Source: Rhizaria sp. SCN 62-66 (Eukaryota). Taken from it: a stretch of DNA of 64,000 bases. Within the stretch, counting starts at the first letter, position 1. Each line of letters begins with the position of its first letter. Made by a program: the position numbers and the translations under genes. Shown here in pieces: positions 35,941 to 48,900 of the stretch. The DNA lies in the NCBI GenBank assembly GCA_001724265.1, contig MEDY01000066.1:62001-126000 (forward strand), written 5' to 3'. The notes under the pieces were generated by a model, which saw only the letters and a program-made list of their open reading frames with translations, searched no databases and was not told the DNA's origin.

Positions 35941-36942
35941 ATGTCAAACCGCCCCATCGCGGGTGGCGGTGGTGGTTTCCCTGGAGCGGGAACCCGCCGC
36001 CCGTTAGCCCAGTCCGCCCCCGCGGCCAACTTCATTCCCCCGAACCCGCCCTCCACGGGGCCCCGCAAGCCTAACTTCGACCCCCCGCCGTTTGACCTGC
36101 CCCCCTCGTACCAGAAGACCTCGATCTTCGACGACCCCGCCGCCGTGGCCGCCCTCACGGGCTCCGCTGCCGGCGCGGGCGCGGCTTCCACGGCCCCCGG
36201 CGACAGCAGCAAGCACACGACGCCCACTGGCGACGCTACCTCGGCTGCCAGCTCCATCACGGCGGGCGCTAACGGCGTCGCTGCCGGCGCCGCGCACTCT
36301 GGCGCCCGCCCCATCATTATGGGCCCCCGCGAGCAGACTGGCCGCATTGTCGCTCCCTCAACCGCGCAGGTCCAGCAGCAGCCGAACAAGTCTCTCGCGC
36401 GCTCGTTGACAAACAACACGCCGTCGTTCATCATGGCGGCGTCGTGCCCGAACCCCGAGTTCCTGTCGCAGGTCGCGCACAACACGCGCGCCGGCCTCAA
36501 CGCCACCGAGGCGCTCGCCGCCGCTGCCGCAAATGCCGACGTCGTCCGCAAGGCGCAGGACATGTCGATGGGCCGCTCGCCGACCATCTTCTCGATCATG
36601 TCGGGCGTAGAGCAGCAGCTCGCCAACATGTCTCTCGGCGGCACCAACAACAGTAACAGCAACGCCGTGGTCGGCGCCGGCCAGGCACAGGGCGGCGCGC
36701 AGCCCGGCGGTCAGCAGCAGGGCCAGCTCTCCTCGCGCGCGCGGTCCTCCTTCTCGGGCGGGCTCAACGGCGGGCCCGGCGGCCGCGTGTCGATGGGTCC
36801 CCCCGGTGTGGCCGAGGAGGGCGAGGACGAGGATGAGGACGGCGACGACGAGCTTGCGCCGGCGCCTCTCGACGGCGGCATTGAGGAGGAGGAGGACGAT
36901 GACATTGAGGAGGACGAGGAGCAACTCCAGTTTAACATGTAA
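35941..36942 (+). CDS. Hypothetical protein, 333 aa, Pro/Ala/Gly-rich with an acidic C-terminus
   Basis: GC-rich ORF from ATG to TAA, flanked by non-coding-like sequence. No family recognised. Confidence 0.75.
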   Translation: MSNRPIAGGGGGFPGAGTRRPLAQSAPAANFIPPNPPSTGPRKPNFDPPPFDLPPSYQKTSIFDDPAAVAALTGSAAGAGAASTAPGDSSKHTTPTGDATSAASSITAGANGVAAGAAHSGARPIIMGPREQTGRIVAPSTAQVQQQPNKSLARSLTNNTPSFIMAASCPNPEFLSQVAHNTRAGLNATEALAAAAANADVVRKAQDMSMGRSPTIFSIMSGVEQQLANMSLGGTNNSNSNAVVGAGQAQGGAQPGGQQQGQLSSRARSSFSGGLNGGPGGRVSMGPPGVAEEGEDEDEDGDDELAPAPLDGGIEEEEDDDIEEDEEQLQFNM

Positions 36943-38786
36943 AAGGTTTGTTTGTGTGTGTGTGTATGTGAGATCTCTTTCTTTTTCTCTCCGCAAAAAC
37001 AATACCGTTGAACTAAATCTCTCAAGCAGTGACTATTGACGCAGCTTTTATGTTGACAGTTCCTGCGAGTTGTTATCTAAATGTGCACTCTCTCTTTCTC
37101 TCCCTATCTCTTTCGCAACATATCCAACTTGTTGCACAATGTGAAGATCAGTGAAGGCTCCCTCAACGTAGTCAGACATCTGTGCATGCGTCTTTAAGTT
37201 TTATCGACGCATGCAAAGGAGAACAATGAGAAAAACATCAGAAGAATTAGAAATCAGAAGCACTTTATGCTTGTGTTAGGTTATGATATGAGATCATCAT
37301 GGTTCAGATAGCAGCATTAGCAGCAGCGACAACAGCAGCAACATGTGTCACTAATTTTAACGATCACACTTCGACTCGGTAGGAACTGCACGTTTACCAA
37401 AGAGTTTGTGACCACGCTCACTTGTTACATTGTGTGACACTGAGTTTGTGCGTTCTTACTCGACGAGTGTCAGTTTTCCTCCATTTTGTTTTGTGACTGC
37501 TGTTGTTTTGCTGTGCCTTTTGAGCTGTATCGCTGTTCGGTTCGTTCTCTTGTCTGTTGACTTTATCACACCTACTCTTTTTTTTTTCTTCTTCGTGGTC
37601 CTCTCTGGGTTGTCAGTCACTCCCTCAACTGTCACTGTCGTTGCTCCCGCGATTAGCTCTTGCTCCCGCTGCTGCAAAAGCTCCATGCTGCCTGTTTGGT
37701 GCTGTCGCTCTGTACACTTTGTCAGGATGCTGCCTGTCACCGTTGTTGTCGTTGCCGCTGTTTGCCTGTCGCTGTTGCTGCTGTTGCTCTCTGTTGCTGT
37801 CTTTTTTCTGCTGTTGTCGTCGTAACTGTTTTGGTTTTGCTTGTTTGTCACATGCATGCCCGTTTACTGAACCACGCTTCCCACACAACACCAGCACACA
37901 TTGCACACAACGACAGACTTACTTTATTTTATGTTTTCGTAAGAAAAAATTGTAGTCGTAGAAGGTATAGTAGTAGTCCTTTTTTTTGTCTCTCTGTGTT
38001 TTGTCTTATTGTTTTTGTCTCATATGTCGTCTTCGACATTGTTCGTACACAAGTCGTCACTGCGGCCCCCTGCAGTCAGTCGCTCTTTGTCGTCATTCGT
38101 CGTCAACGTCGCCGGATCAGATATCTTTTTTTGCTCTGTCTGTCTGTGTATGCTGTTTTCAGTAGTGTATGCTCGTTTTCTTTTTCTTTCTTCTTTTTTG
38201 GGCCCATTTGGCTCCCCCCTAACAAGAGTGCTTTTTCCCTTCTCTAGCAATCACACTCTTACACGCGCGTACGCCAGCACACATGCACGTACTCGTTGCG
38301 ATAAATATAATAATAATGATGATGACCAATACAAATAATAACTTTCAATGATACTCTTCTCAACACACTCTTTTGTAGACGTATCCGTTTCTTTCATACG
38401 TGCTGTATTGCTGAGCTGTTTGACAATCGTAGACTTGCAATAGTTGTTGTCAATTTGTATTTGAGCTAAATCTGAATAAGTTACTCTATGCTTTGCTTTC
38501 CGTGTCATAACACATCAGTTCCAACATCAACAGCAGCAACAAGTCACGAAGCTGGCCATGAAGCAGCAACACCGAGCTCAACATGGTAATCATGCATTGG
38601 CCAGAGCGCTAATAGCAATATATAGACATAATTTTAACTTGGCACAAACAACTTGGCACAAACATAACTAAATACCAAAGAAAATAAGGTATATTAATAC
38701 CATGAATCGTCATAACACACCATCGTGACTCAGCAGTGGGAGCAGAACCGTGCAATTATGCTGGATCTCTCGCTCGTCAGTGTTTT

Positions 38787-41735
38787 TCACTTCCACAGCG
38801 ATGCGCCCCACTTGGCGACGGGCCCGCCCTTGGCCACGGCAACGGCGACGGCGACGGTCCAGGCGCGTTGGGCCCACTCCATCGCAACGGGGTCCTCGCG
38901 CAGCCTGCTCACGATCACCGCCACGGCCACGGTGAGGCCGACATGGATCGCGAGCTTGAGCAGAGCGCGGACAATGCGCCACAGCACGGACAGGACGCGG
39001 CGCCAGAGCGGCCGCGGCCTGGGTGCCTGCTTACCGTGCGCGCTGGAGCAAGTGGCGCAGTTGCTGTGGTCGTTGGCAGCATTGGCAGCACTGTTAGCAG
39101 CAATGATACTGTTGCTGCCGCTGGTATTGTGCAAAGCAGAGAGCACAGGCGCAGTCGCGGCGTTCACGTTGACGGCCAGCTGCTCATAGTCGCTCACTGC
39201 ATCGCCCTTGCTCTTGCTACTGTTTACAGCAGCAGCAGCGTGCGTCGCAGTATTCAGTGCAGCGCTGGTCGCCGCCTCCGCAGCCGCCTCGGCCTCCCCC
39301 GCGGCCTCAGCGGCCTCCTCGGCCGCNNNNNNNNNNNNNNNCGGAGCCGGCCTCGGCCGCCGCGGCCCCGGCCGCGCCCGCCGCGGCCCTGGCGGCGCCC
39401 GCGGCGCGCTGCGCGCCCTCCGCGGCCGCCTCCGCCGCGCCGGCCGCGGCCCGCGCGCCCGCAACGGCACCCACGACGCTGTGCGAGGCTGCCTCTAGCG
39501 CCTCGAGCCGCCGGTAGAGCCGGAACAGGTGCCGCTTGACCGCGATCTCGGAGCGAGCGCCCTCGCGTGCGAGCAGTTCGTCGCCCGCGCCGCCCGTGGC
39601 CGCGGCGGTCGAGCCAGTGGCGGGGGGGAAGTAATACTTGCGCGCGTCCCCGCCGGTCTGGGCCGCTGCCGAGTCAGCAGGAGCAGAAACACCGCTAGCA
39701 GCACCATGCGACGCAGCAGCAGAGTCAGCCGCAGCCGACTCGGCGCCTTGCGCTGCCGCCTCGGTCGCAGTGGCCGCGGCGGCCGCGGCGGCGGCGCCGG
39801 TGCGGAGGCGGTAGCGCAAAAGGCTCTCCTCGGCCAGGTGCTGCGACTGGGCCAGCAGCTCGGTCAGGCGGTGGCGGCGCTGGCGGTCGAGCGAGCGGCG
39901 CGTGATGTTCTCACTGTTGCCGCCCGCAGCAGCAGTGGCCGGTGCAGTCGCAGTCGTGGAGGCAGAAGCAGTTGCGTCAGCGATGTTGTCTTTCGCTTCA
40001 TCGTCGTCTTCATCGTCGTCAGCGTTGGCGTTGGCAGCGGCAACGGCGGCAAGCAGCGGCGCAGGCACAGCACACAAGCTACTGCTGCTACCGAGACTAT
40101 AGCCAGCGTTAGCGCCGGTGCCGATACTTGCCCGAGTGCCCGCATTATTGCGGCTGCTTTCGGTCTCAACCTCGCCGGTGCCGTTACTGTCCCCGGTGTT
40201 GTTGGCGAACACATCGGAGCTGTGCAGCGACACGTGCAGGGCGAGGTGCGGCTCGTCACACTGGGGCGGCAGCGCCTCGTGGAGTGCGACGCGGACCGAC
40301 GACGGCGAGGGCGCGCCCAGGCTGCCCGTGCTCACGGTCATCGCGCCCCCGCCCAGCGCGGCGCGCACGTCGCTCAGCTGCCGCGCGCGCGGGGCCGGCC
40401 GCGGGAGCGCCGCGTCGGGCCCCGGCCGAGAGCTGCTGCTGCTGCTGGTGCTGCCCCGGGTGATGGTGTAGCTAGATGACGGACTGAGGGGGCTGGGGCT
40501 CGAGACGGTGGCCGAGGCTGAGACTGGAGCGGGCGCGGGCGCGGGGGCGGGGGCGAGCGCGGGGACAGCAGTGGCGGAACTAATGGCAGCGACGCCAAAC
40601 GCGTTCTCGTGGACGCCGCGGCTCGGCGTCGCGCTGTTGCTGTCCTTCACAGCCGCAGCCACAGCCGCCGCACTGTTGTGACTAGGAGTGTTCGCGGAAC
40701 TCGTGCCGGTACTCGTGCTGGCCCGCATGGGGCTGTGCGGGGCGGGCGAGGAGCCGCGGCTGTGGGTAAACGGGTCTGTGTTGGTCAGGTACGAGTGCTT
40801 GTACACTCTCTTGCCATCGGCGCTGTGGGTAGGACTGCTGGAGGGAACGTCGCTCGGAGGGAAGGCGCCCGGAGAGCGGGGAGCACGGATAGGAGACAAC
40901 GAGGACGACGACGAAGCAGCAGCAGCAGCGGATGCAACGGGAGAGTTTGAGTCATCGTCAGTGTCCAAAGCAACGTTGATGACTGCACCGACACTCACGC
41001 TCCCATCATTGGGAGCAGCAGCGGCTGTCACCATGTTCGCGCTAGCGTTGGTGTTGATGCTATTGTTGTTGTTAGCGGCAGCGTCGGCGTCAGCGTCGGG
41101 CAGAGCCACCAGGCCGGCGGCCTCGGCCTTGCGCAGCAGCGCCAGCGTCGCCGCCTCCGCCGCAGTCAGCCGGGCCGCGACGCCCGCGTTGCCAGCGGGG
41201 TTGGCGGTCGCCGCGGCGCTGCGAACAGGGCCAACGCCGGGAGTCTTCTTAATCGCGCTGTTCGAACCAGCAAAGTTAGATTGAGTGTTCAGAGTCGCAG
41301 TGCCGGCGTTCGCGGTCACGGCCGTGCGGGCGCGGGAGCGGGCGGTCGCAGGGGTCACGAACGCACTGCCCGGGCGGCTACTTGCGCCCACGGCTCTCGA
41401 CGCAGTCCGACTCGCACTGGCACACGCAGCAGGCGTGTTGACATAGCCCTGAGTGCGGGGGCGCGCCGGCGTGGGGGCGGCAGAGACGGCTTGCGATTGC
41501 GACTGGGACTGCGTGTCTTGCTGCGAGTTGAACACAGACGCAAACGCGATCTTGGCCGTGTGGTCGCCGCCGTTGACGTCGCCAGTGCTGACAGCGCTGT
41601 GCACGACGTCGTTCGCGGCCGCGGCGGCGACGGGGGCGAGAGCGGCCGCCTCGGACAGCAGCGCGTGCAGCTCAGTGGCGTACTCAGCCGCAACGCTACT
41701 GTTCTTTGCGGTACTCGCGTTGCTGCTGCTGCTGT

Positions 41736-41790
<55 letters not shown>

Positions 41791-42430
41791 AGGGTTGGAG
41801 CGCGCTTCAGAGACGGCTTGCAGCAACAGCGCCAAGTAGGACGCCATCGCGCTCGCAGTGCTGCTGCCGCGCGCGCGCCGCCATGACAGCCATTTGGCGC
41901 GGTCCGATGCCGACGCCACGGTCGAGGTGTGGTGCGCGGGCGTGTTGGGGATGTTGCCGTTCGCGTTGCCGCTGGTGGCGGTGTGAGAGAGGGCGGAACG
42001 GGAGGCGAAAGCGGCCACCATTGCTTCGGGCGTGGTGTAAGGGTTGTCACCGGCGGTGGCCTGCTTGAAGTGGCCGTAGAGGCGCATGGCCACGGACGGG
42101 GAGGGCTGCACGGGAAAGGAGTCCGCTGTTATGACGCAGAGCAAAGAGCGGGAGAGAGGAGGTGGAGTTTGTGGTAGAAGAGGAGGGGGACAGATTTGAA
42201 AATGAGGATGCTAGTTAAAAGTGTCCAACACGTAGAAAATAATAGAGATAAACACGTCAAACATGGGAGTTAAATTTTCTAATGATGGTCAACGATTCGT
42301 ATTGTTAGACAGTGAGATACGTACCGCGCTCATCCTTGAGGAGTTTGACGACGCGGTAGAAGTAGGCCGGCAACTGGGGGTTTTGCTCATCTGCAGCAAG
42401 TGCAGGAGAAGCAACCGCAACGGATGCCAT
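38787..42430 (-). CDS. Large acyl-CoA-binding-domain (ACBP) protein with C-terminal hydrophobic segments. Exons 42430-42325 and 42125-38787; spans an assembly gap
   Basis: MRLYGHFKQATAGDNP ... DRAKWLSWRRARG...AMASYLALL is an ACBP signature. Intron 42324-42126 GTACGT...CAG. The frame changes across the N run, and Ala/Glu-rich sequence continues on both sides; TGA stop. Confidence 0.75.
39327..39341. other. Assembly gap (15 N) within a very GC-rich Ala-repeat coding stretch
   Basis: Run of n characters. Confidence 1.
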
Positions 42431-43029
42431 CTATTGTCGCGCAAAACATGTGTTGCATTTGAAGAGGGTATGAAGGTAAATCAGAGTGAGCTATGAAAGG
42501 AAACGGCGCGTGGTGGCAGGGGCACGTTGCATGTTGACCCACAACAAAGCAAAGACGAGCATCTAAAGTGCATTGCTTACAAAGAGCAATAATAAAGTTA
42601 GAACAAAACGTAGCGGTAATATCGCAAAAAAGCATCGGCAGTTCGCCATTACGACGGGTATAGTCACAGTCAGCCCTTTCCTTCGTCTCTCTATCTTCAA
42701 GCCTCCCTTTCTGTTGCAACGGCTCTCCGAGACTGTCACTCTCATGCAAACCACAATTTCATTGATATACACTGCGTATCACGTTCCATTGAGTTTGAAA
42801 ATAAGACAGTGTACTAAAATACTGTGATTTGCATGAGATGAATATATTGTGTATTTCTCAAAAAGAACTCTCAGTGGCCTTGTGTCTACTTTCTTATCTA
42901 AGTATAAATGCATATGCGCGCATAACACAGCTCTTGTGCGTTGTCAGCACGCATACACTTTCTTTAAAAAACGCGGTTAAATATATATTTCATTCGATAT
43001 CACAGTTTGCAGTAGTTTGGCAGGGTCGC

Positions 43030-45564
43030 TCACTCGGCCTTGACCGCAGGCGTCTTGCTCGCCCCCGACTTCTTGCCCTTCTTGCCAGTCGCAGCGCCAC
43101 TGCTACTGCCGCTGCCCTCGGCGCCACTGCGGCTGTGAGAAGAGGTCGGCTGCGGCTGCTGCTGCAGGAGGTTGACGGCGCGGCGCGCGGCAACAATGCT
43201 CCAGCCGCCGAAGACGTCCTCGTCCTCGACCTCGTCCACCAGAGCGGCCTCGCGCTGGAACCCAGCGTAGTCGCGGTTGTCATCATCGTCGTTGTCGAAG
43301 CTGAGGTCGGCGTGGTTGCCGCTGTCGCGGAGGACCTTCCTGGCCTGGACAACGCCAATGACGAGGTAGAGCGCGATGCTCTCGACGACGGCGAAGACAA
43401 CCAGCGCCGGTAGCCCGAACACGGTCGTGGCGGCCCAGCTCTGGCTCTTACCGGCAGCGTCCGCGTTGTTGTTCCCAGTGCCGAGGAGCGGGTCAACGGG
43501 GGTAGAGAAGAGGTTGTTCATGGCGTGCAACGCGATGCAGAGCCAGAGGCGGCCGGGCGCGAAGAGCTGGAGTGCGTAGACGAAGCCGATGAGGCCGCCC
43601 ATGACGACCTGCAGCAGCACGTACACGCGCGAGAACTTGGGCGAGAAGAAGTTGACCAGGTGCAGCGCGGAGAAGAACAGCGACGCGGCAAGCGCGGCCG
43701 TAAAGCGCAGGCGGCCACGGCGGGCCGCGCGGGCAGCGGCGCGCGTGCGGGCGCGGGCCAGCCGCGCGGCCGAGGCGGCCGCGGTGCGATCGGCGATGGC
43801 CGCCAGCAGGAGCTCCTTCTTGCGCTGCTTTTCACTAGTAACAGCAACAGCGGCAGCGCCAATGCTGGCAGTGTTAGTATTGTCAGCGTTCTCACCGTCA
43901 TCGGTGTTGTTATTGTTGTTATTAACAGCGGAGGGGTCGACTGTGATGGCCGCGAAAGCAGCCTTGTCCTCGGCCTCGGCGTCGGCCTCAGCCTTGGCCT
44001 CCGCGGCCTCGGCGGCCTCGTCCTCGTCCGCGTACACCTGGTGCAACTTGAAAAAGAAATGCGCCATGATGACGCCGCGGAACACGATCTCCTCGCAGAA
44101 GGGCGCGGTGAACCACAAGTCCAGCAGGCGCAGCCAGTCGACGCGGCTCAGGTCGATGCCGAGCGGCGACGCGGCGGCGGCGGCGGCGGACGCGGCGGCG
44201 GCAGCCACGGCGGCGGCGTTGGCGGCGGCCGTCGCGGCAGCGGTCTCGGAGAACGTGTCGAAGCCAGCACTCGCGCCCGCGGGTGTGACCGTGGGCAGAG
44301 GCGTCATGAGGTTCTCGGTCGAGTAGAGCCACACGCCCGACTGCTTCTGCAGATACCACATCACGGCAGTGCTGACGACGTGGAGCACAACGACGAGCAG
44401 GAAGAAGGGCGACAGACACGGCCACTTGCTGCCCTTACTGCTGCTGTTCTTGCTGCCGTTCGCGGAAGTGAGGCCGCGCGCGCGCGCGTTGGCTTCTGCG
44501 TCGTCCTTGCTGGCCCAGGGCAGCGGCTGCGGCGGCGCGAGCGGGACGAGCCCCAGCTTGACGGTGAACACAAACACGCGCCAGAGCCAGGTCCCGCCGT
44601 CGCCCGCGCCGTCGGTCGTCGCGCGCAGCGCGGGCCCGCGGGCGCGCAGCGCGGTCAGCGTCGGGACGCTCGCGGGACCTGTGGTACCCACGGTACCCGG
44701 GCTGCTCACGGTCGCTGTCGCGGCGGCGGAGTTGCTGTCGGCGCTGTTCTCAGCATTTGCGGCCGCGGGGGCCGCGGAGGGCGGCGGGCGGCGGCCGGGC
44801 GCGGCGGGGTGGCCGTAGGCGGCGAGGCGGTGCAGCAGCGAGGGCACGCAGGGCTTGGGGACGCTCTTGCCGGCGTGCACGGCGGCGTCAAAGGCCCAGA
44901 CCGCCGCGGCCGAGGCGTCGACGGCGAGCGGCGCGCGGGCAACGGGGCGCGTGCGCACTAGTAACGCGAGAACGATGAAGACCGAGGTGAGCGAGCCCAG
45001 CAGCGAGCAGACGAAGCGCAGGGTGGTGGCGCGCACAATGCCGTCGGTGTAGCTCACGGCGCCCGTGTCAGGGTCGATGACCGTGGAGACGTTGAAGAGC
45101 GGGGAGAAAAACATGAGGTAGAGAGAGCGGAGCAGGACGCTGGCGAAGACGAACTGCATCATCGCGAAGAGCGACTCCAGGACGGCGATCTGGATGGCCA
45201 GCATGAAGCCGCGGCGGCGAGTGGCGCTGGCGTCCACGGTCGCGGCGGCGGCGGCGGCGGCCGCGGTGGCCTTCTTCTTCGCGGATTTGGCGGACTTGAT
45301 GAGCGCAGTGGCGGACGCGGCAGCGTCGACAACGGCAGTCGTGGACGAGCCCGAGGCCTCTGAGTCAGCAGCAGTGCCGCCGTTACCGTCGCCGTCCGCG
45401 AGGGGACTGGCGGTAGAGACGGGAGCGACGGGCACGTCGCCCTTGCGCCGACCGCTCACGGAAAAAGCCGGGGCGGAGACGGGGGCGGTGGCGGAAGCAG
45501 TGGGAGCGACCGGGGCGGCGGCGGACGCGGAGCTCGCGCCGTCGTCGGTGGCCGAGGAGGACAT
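43030..45564 (-). CDS. CPBP/Abi family (type II CAAX prenyl protease-like) intramembrane protease, ~844 aa
   Basis: APFCEEIVFRG (EExxxR), FFSALHL (FxxxH), LHAMNN (HxxxN) and several transmembrane segments; TGA stop. Confidence 0.85.
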   Translation of the reverse strand: MSSSATDDGASSASAAAPVAPTASATAPVSAPAFSVSGRRKGDVPVAPVSTASPLADGDGNGGTAADSEASGSSTTAVVDAAASATALIKSAKSAKKKATAAAAAAAATVDASATRRRGFMLAIQIAVLESLFAMMQFVFASVLLRSLYLMFFSPLFNVSTVIDPDTGAVSYTDGIVRATTLRFVCSLLGSLTSVFIVLALLVRTRPVARAPLAVDASAAAVWAFDAAVHAGKSVPKPCVPSLLHRLAAYGHPAAPGRRPPPSAAPAAANAENSADSNSAAATATVSSPGTVGTTGPASVPTLTALRARGPALRATTDGAGDGGTWLWRVFVFTVKLGLVPLAPPQPLPWASKDDAEANARARGLTSANGSKNSSSKGSKWPCLSPFFLLVVVLHVVSTAVMWYLQKQSGVWLYSTENLMTPLPTVTPAGASAGFDTFSETAAATAAANAAAVAAAAASAAAAAASPLGIDLSRVDWLRLLDLWFTAPFCEEIVFRGVIMAHFFFKLHQVYADEDEAAEAAEAKAEADAEAEDKAAFAAITVDPSAVNNNNNNTDDGENADNTNTASIGAAAVAVTSEKQRKKELLLAAIADRTAAASAARLARARTRAAARAARRGRLRFTAALAASLFFSALHLVNFFSPKFSRVYVLLQVVMGGLIGFVYALQLFAPGRLWLCIALHAMNNLFSTPVDPLLGTGNNNADAAGKSQSWAATTVFGLPALVVFAVVESIALYLVIGVVQARKVLRDSGNHADLSFDNDDDDNRDYAGFQREAALVDEVEDEDVFGGWSIVAARRAVNLLQQQPQPTSSHSRSGAEGSGSSSGAATGKKGKKSGASKTPAVKAE

Positions 45565-45989
45565 TGGCGCCAGAAGGGATAGACGCCTTTGTCTGCAAGC
45601 ACACAACAAATAAGAAATAAAACAGAAAACTAGAGAGAGATGATTAGACCAACACCGAAACCTGAAGCTGTTGATGATGCGGATAGCGAGATATTTTCAA
45701 ATGACAGTTGAATTTCGGTGTCACCAGACGACGGGCTTTGGTGGCCGCCAACTGTCGAGCCGATCCCAGATGCGCTTGTGGTGGGACGGAGAAAAAAGAG
45801 CTTATCACAAGCAAAACTTTACTTCTAAGACCTATAATTAGAGTATATTATACTAAAACAACGATTGCGTTTTGTTTTGTTATTGAAATCCAGACTGACG
45901 GATCTTCTGAACTTCTGCACTCTTTTTCCGCACGCCCTCCGCCACGGCCCCCCACAGCGCCTCGTTCGCTTCCCCCTCTCGCTGCGCCA

Positions 45990-48900
45990 ATGTCCGTGAC
46001 TGGAATCTGGTCCACGGGCCTGACGCACATCTCCGGCGACGCCGCCCTGGCGGAGGAGACGCCCGACCTCCCCTGGAAGCAGATGGACTGCACGGCGTTC
46101 GACTTCCTGTTCCTGCCCGGGTCCACGAAGGAGCGCCTGCGCTTCGTCTCGGCGCACGTCGACGGCACGCTGCGCTGGCACACTGCGCGCGCGACCGATG
46201 ACTGGTGGGCCCCGTCCAAGTACGAGGACGAGGACGACTACGACGGCGACGCCGACTCGGCCGATGAGGACGCACGGCTCGACTTCCTCGAGGACGACAA
46301 GAACGCCTTCACCGAGACCCACCGCGTCAAGATTTCGGCGCTGTCGATCCGCAGCCTCGACCTGCTGCAGCCGCTCTCCGCGCCCGCGGGCTCGCTCGCC
46401 ACAACCACGAACCTTATCGCGGCCACCCGCGACGGCGCGGCGGTGCTGGTGGACCTCGAGACGGGCCGCGCCGTGTCCCGCCTCACAGTCACCTCGGCCC
46501 GCTCCGCCGCGCGCCACGGCGCCTTCTCGGAGACGTTCCCCGCGCTGGGGCCCGTGTCGAGCTTCACGCCCATTTCCGTGCTCGCCGCGGCCACCGTCGC
46601 GGCCGAGGTCGCAGCCGAGCAGAGCGCCGCCGCCGCCGACGTCGCCGCCGCCGCCGCGCTCACCGCAGGCCCGGGCGCCGCTGCCCTTGCCGCCGGCGCC
46701 GGCGCTGGCGCTGGCGCTGGCGCTGGCTCCGGCGCCGGCGTCGCGAGGATCCCGCTGGCGTACGGCCTGCCGTTCGCGCCTACGTCGTCGTCGTCGCTGC
46801 ACGGCTCCTGGGCGGCAGGGTCCTGGGCGCACTCGCCCTACGCCTACTCCACGGCCTCGTCCTCGGGCTGCGGGTTCGAGGTCGTCAAGGCCTGGGGCGA
46901 CAGCTGCGCGCTGGTGGGCACCGAGGAGGGCGGCATTGTCGGGTTTGACGTCCGCACCGCCGGTGAGGGCACGGGCGTCAAGTTCGCCGCCAAGAAGGCC
47001 GAGAACGTGCGCGCGATGGACAAGCACAAGTTCAACCAGAACAAGAACCACAACCTGAGCAAGAAGCAGCAACAGCAGCAGCAGTTCAACAGCAAGAACG
47101 GTGGCAAGTTCGGCGGCAAGAACGGCCAGAACAACAGCGGTAAGGGCAAGAACGGTCAGACCAAGGGCTCCCACCGCCTCTACGAGGAAGAAGAGGAGGA
47201 GGACGACGACGACGAGGAGGTCGACGACGACGCGCTGATGGCCCCCAGCGGCGCGCTGGCGTGCTCCACCTGGGCGCGGTCCTCGCATTTGTGCCCTCGC
47301 TGGGGCGCGCACGACCACGCAGACTACATCTGCGCGCTGGCGCTCAACGGGCCGCGCGCGCACCTGGTGGCCACGAGCGCCGACGCGCACTTCTCGGTCT
47401 ACGACATGCGCCGCGGCGAGTTCTACGGCATCTCGACGCGCCAGGGCGACGAGCTGACGGCCGTCGAGGTGCTCGAGACGGGCGAGGCGCCCAGCTGGGT
47501 GCGCCCCGACGCGGTGCAGGACAGGGCGCTGGAGGAGTTCGCCAAGTCGCACGAGGAGGACGACGAGTCCGAGTCCGACGACGCCGCGGGCGACGACGAC
47601 GAAGACGAGGACGGTGACGACGATGATGATCAGGCGAGCGACAAGAGCAACGGCGGGCGCAAGGGCGTCGCGACCGCAGCGCCCGTCGTGGTGGCCACTG
47701 GCGTCACCGCCTCCGGTAGCGGCGGCGCACCGATTGGCGAGTCCCCGGCAGTGGCGCAGCGGCGGCGCCGCACGGGACTGCTCATCGGCACCGACAAGGG
47801 CCCGCTCAACTTCTACAAGTACGACCAGTGGGAGGAGTACAAGGAGCGCTGCATCATGCAGAAGGGCTCCATCGACACCATCGCGCTCGTGTCGGATAAG
47901 ATGGGCTACGTCGCCGGCGAGGACGGACTCGTACGTTTTATTGTGTTTTCATATACTCTCGCAATAATGACTGATTTGATATTTTACCGTTCTATTGAGT
48001 TGTCAACCTCTATTTTCTATATTTAAGACATCTCGATAATATTCAAAACTCCTATCTTGCAACATCTTCTCACTCACCCTTCGCTCTTATTGTTTGTCTT
48101 TGTTTCGTTTTGTTTCACTGTAGGTGCGGCTGATGATGTTCCGGCCGGTGTGGCGCGTGCTGGGCGTGGTGGGCATTCACCAGCAGGAGGGCGTGTGCAA
48201 GGTGCGCGTGATGCACGGCGGCACGACGGGCACCCACGTCGTCGGCTCCATCGGCTTCGACGGCACCGTGCGCTTCTGGGAGAGCGAGGGCATCCAGTTC
48301 TCCAAGATGACCAGCAAGCGCGCGCAGGAGGCCGGCATCAGCAACAAGGACGATGCCGCCGAGGACGACGACGACGACGAGGACTTTAGCGACAGCGACG
48401 ACGACGACGACGAGGACGATGATGAGGACGAGGACAGCGAGGTCGACAGCGACGACGACAGCTACGTCAACAGCAAGAAGCGCGCGCTCAGCAAGAAGCA
48501 GCGCGCGGACGAGCGGCGCCGCGAAAAGGACCGCGTGCGCTCGCTCAAGGAGCACGCCGAGAAGATGGCTGCCGCCGCCGCCGCGGTCGCGAGTCTCAAG
48601 GGCAAGGCCACAGTGATCATCAAGACGCAGGCCAAGGTGCACAACATCATGCCCGTCGCGGTGCCGCTCAGCAGCAGCACCAGCACGTTTCCCGCGACCA
48701 ATACTGACTCCAGCTCCAGCTCTAGCTCTAGTTCTAGTTTGACTGCGAGTGTGCCTGCGACGGCGACTGGTGCTGCGAAGACAGGCGGTTTCTCTGCGGG
48801 CGGCTTTTCCTTTGGCGGCTACACGGTCACGGCGACCGGCAGCATCGTGAAGCAGGCCGAGGTGCCCTTCCACAAGGCCAACCGCGCCGCCGAGGCCGCC

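Noticed and set aside
39307-39470. Programmed frameshift or pseudogene in the ACBP-domain gene
   Set aside because: The frame change falls exactly at the 15-N assembly gap, whose true length is unknown.
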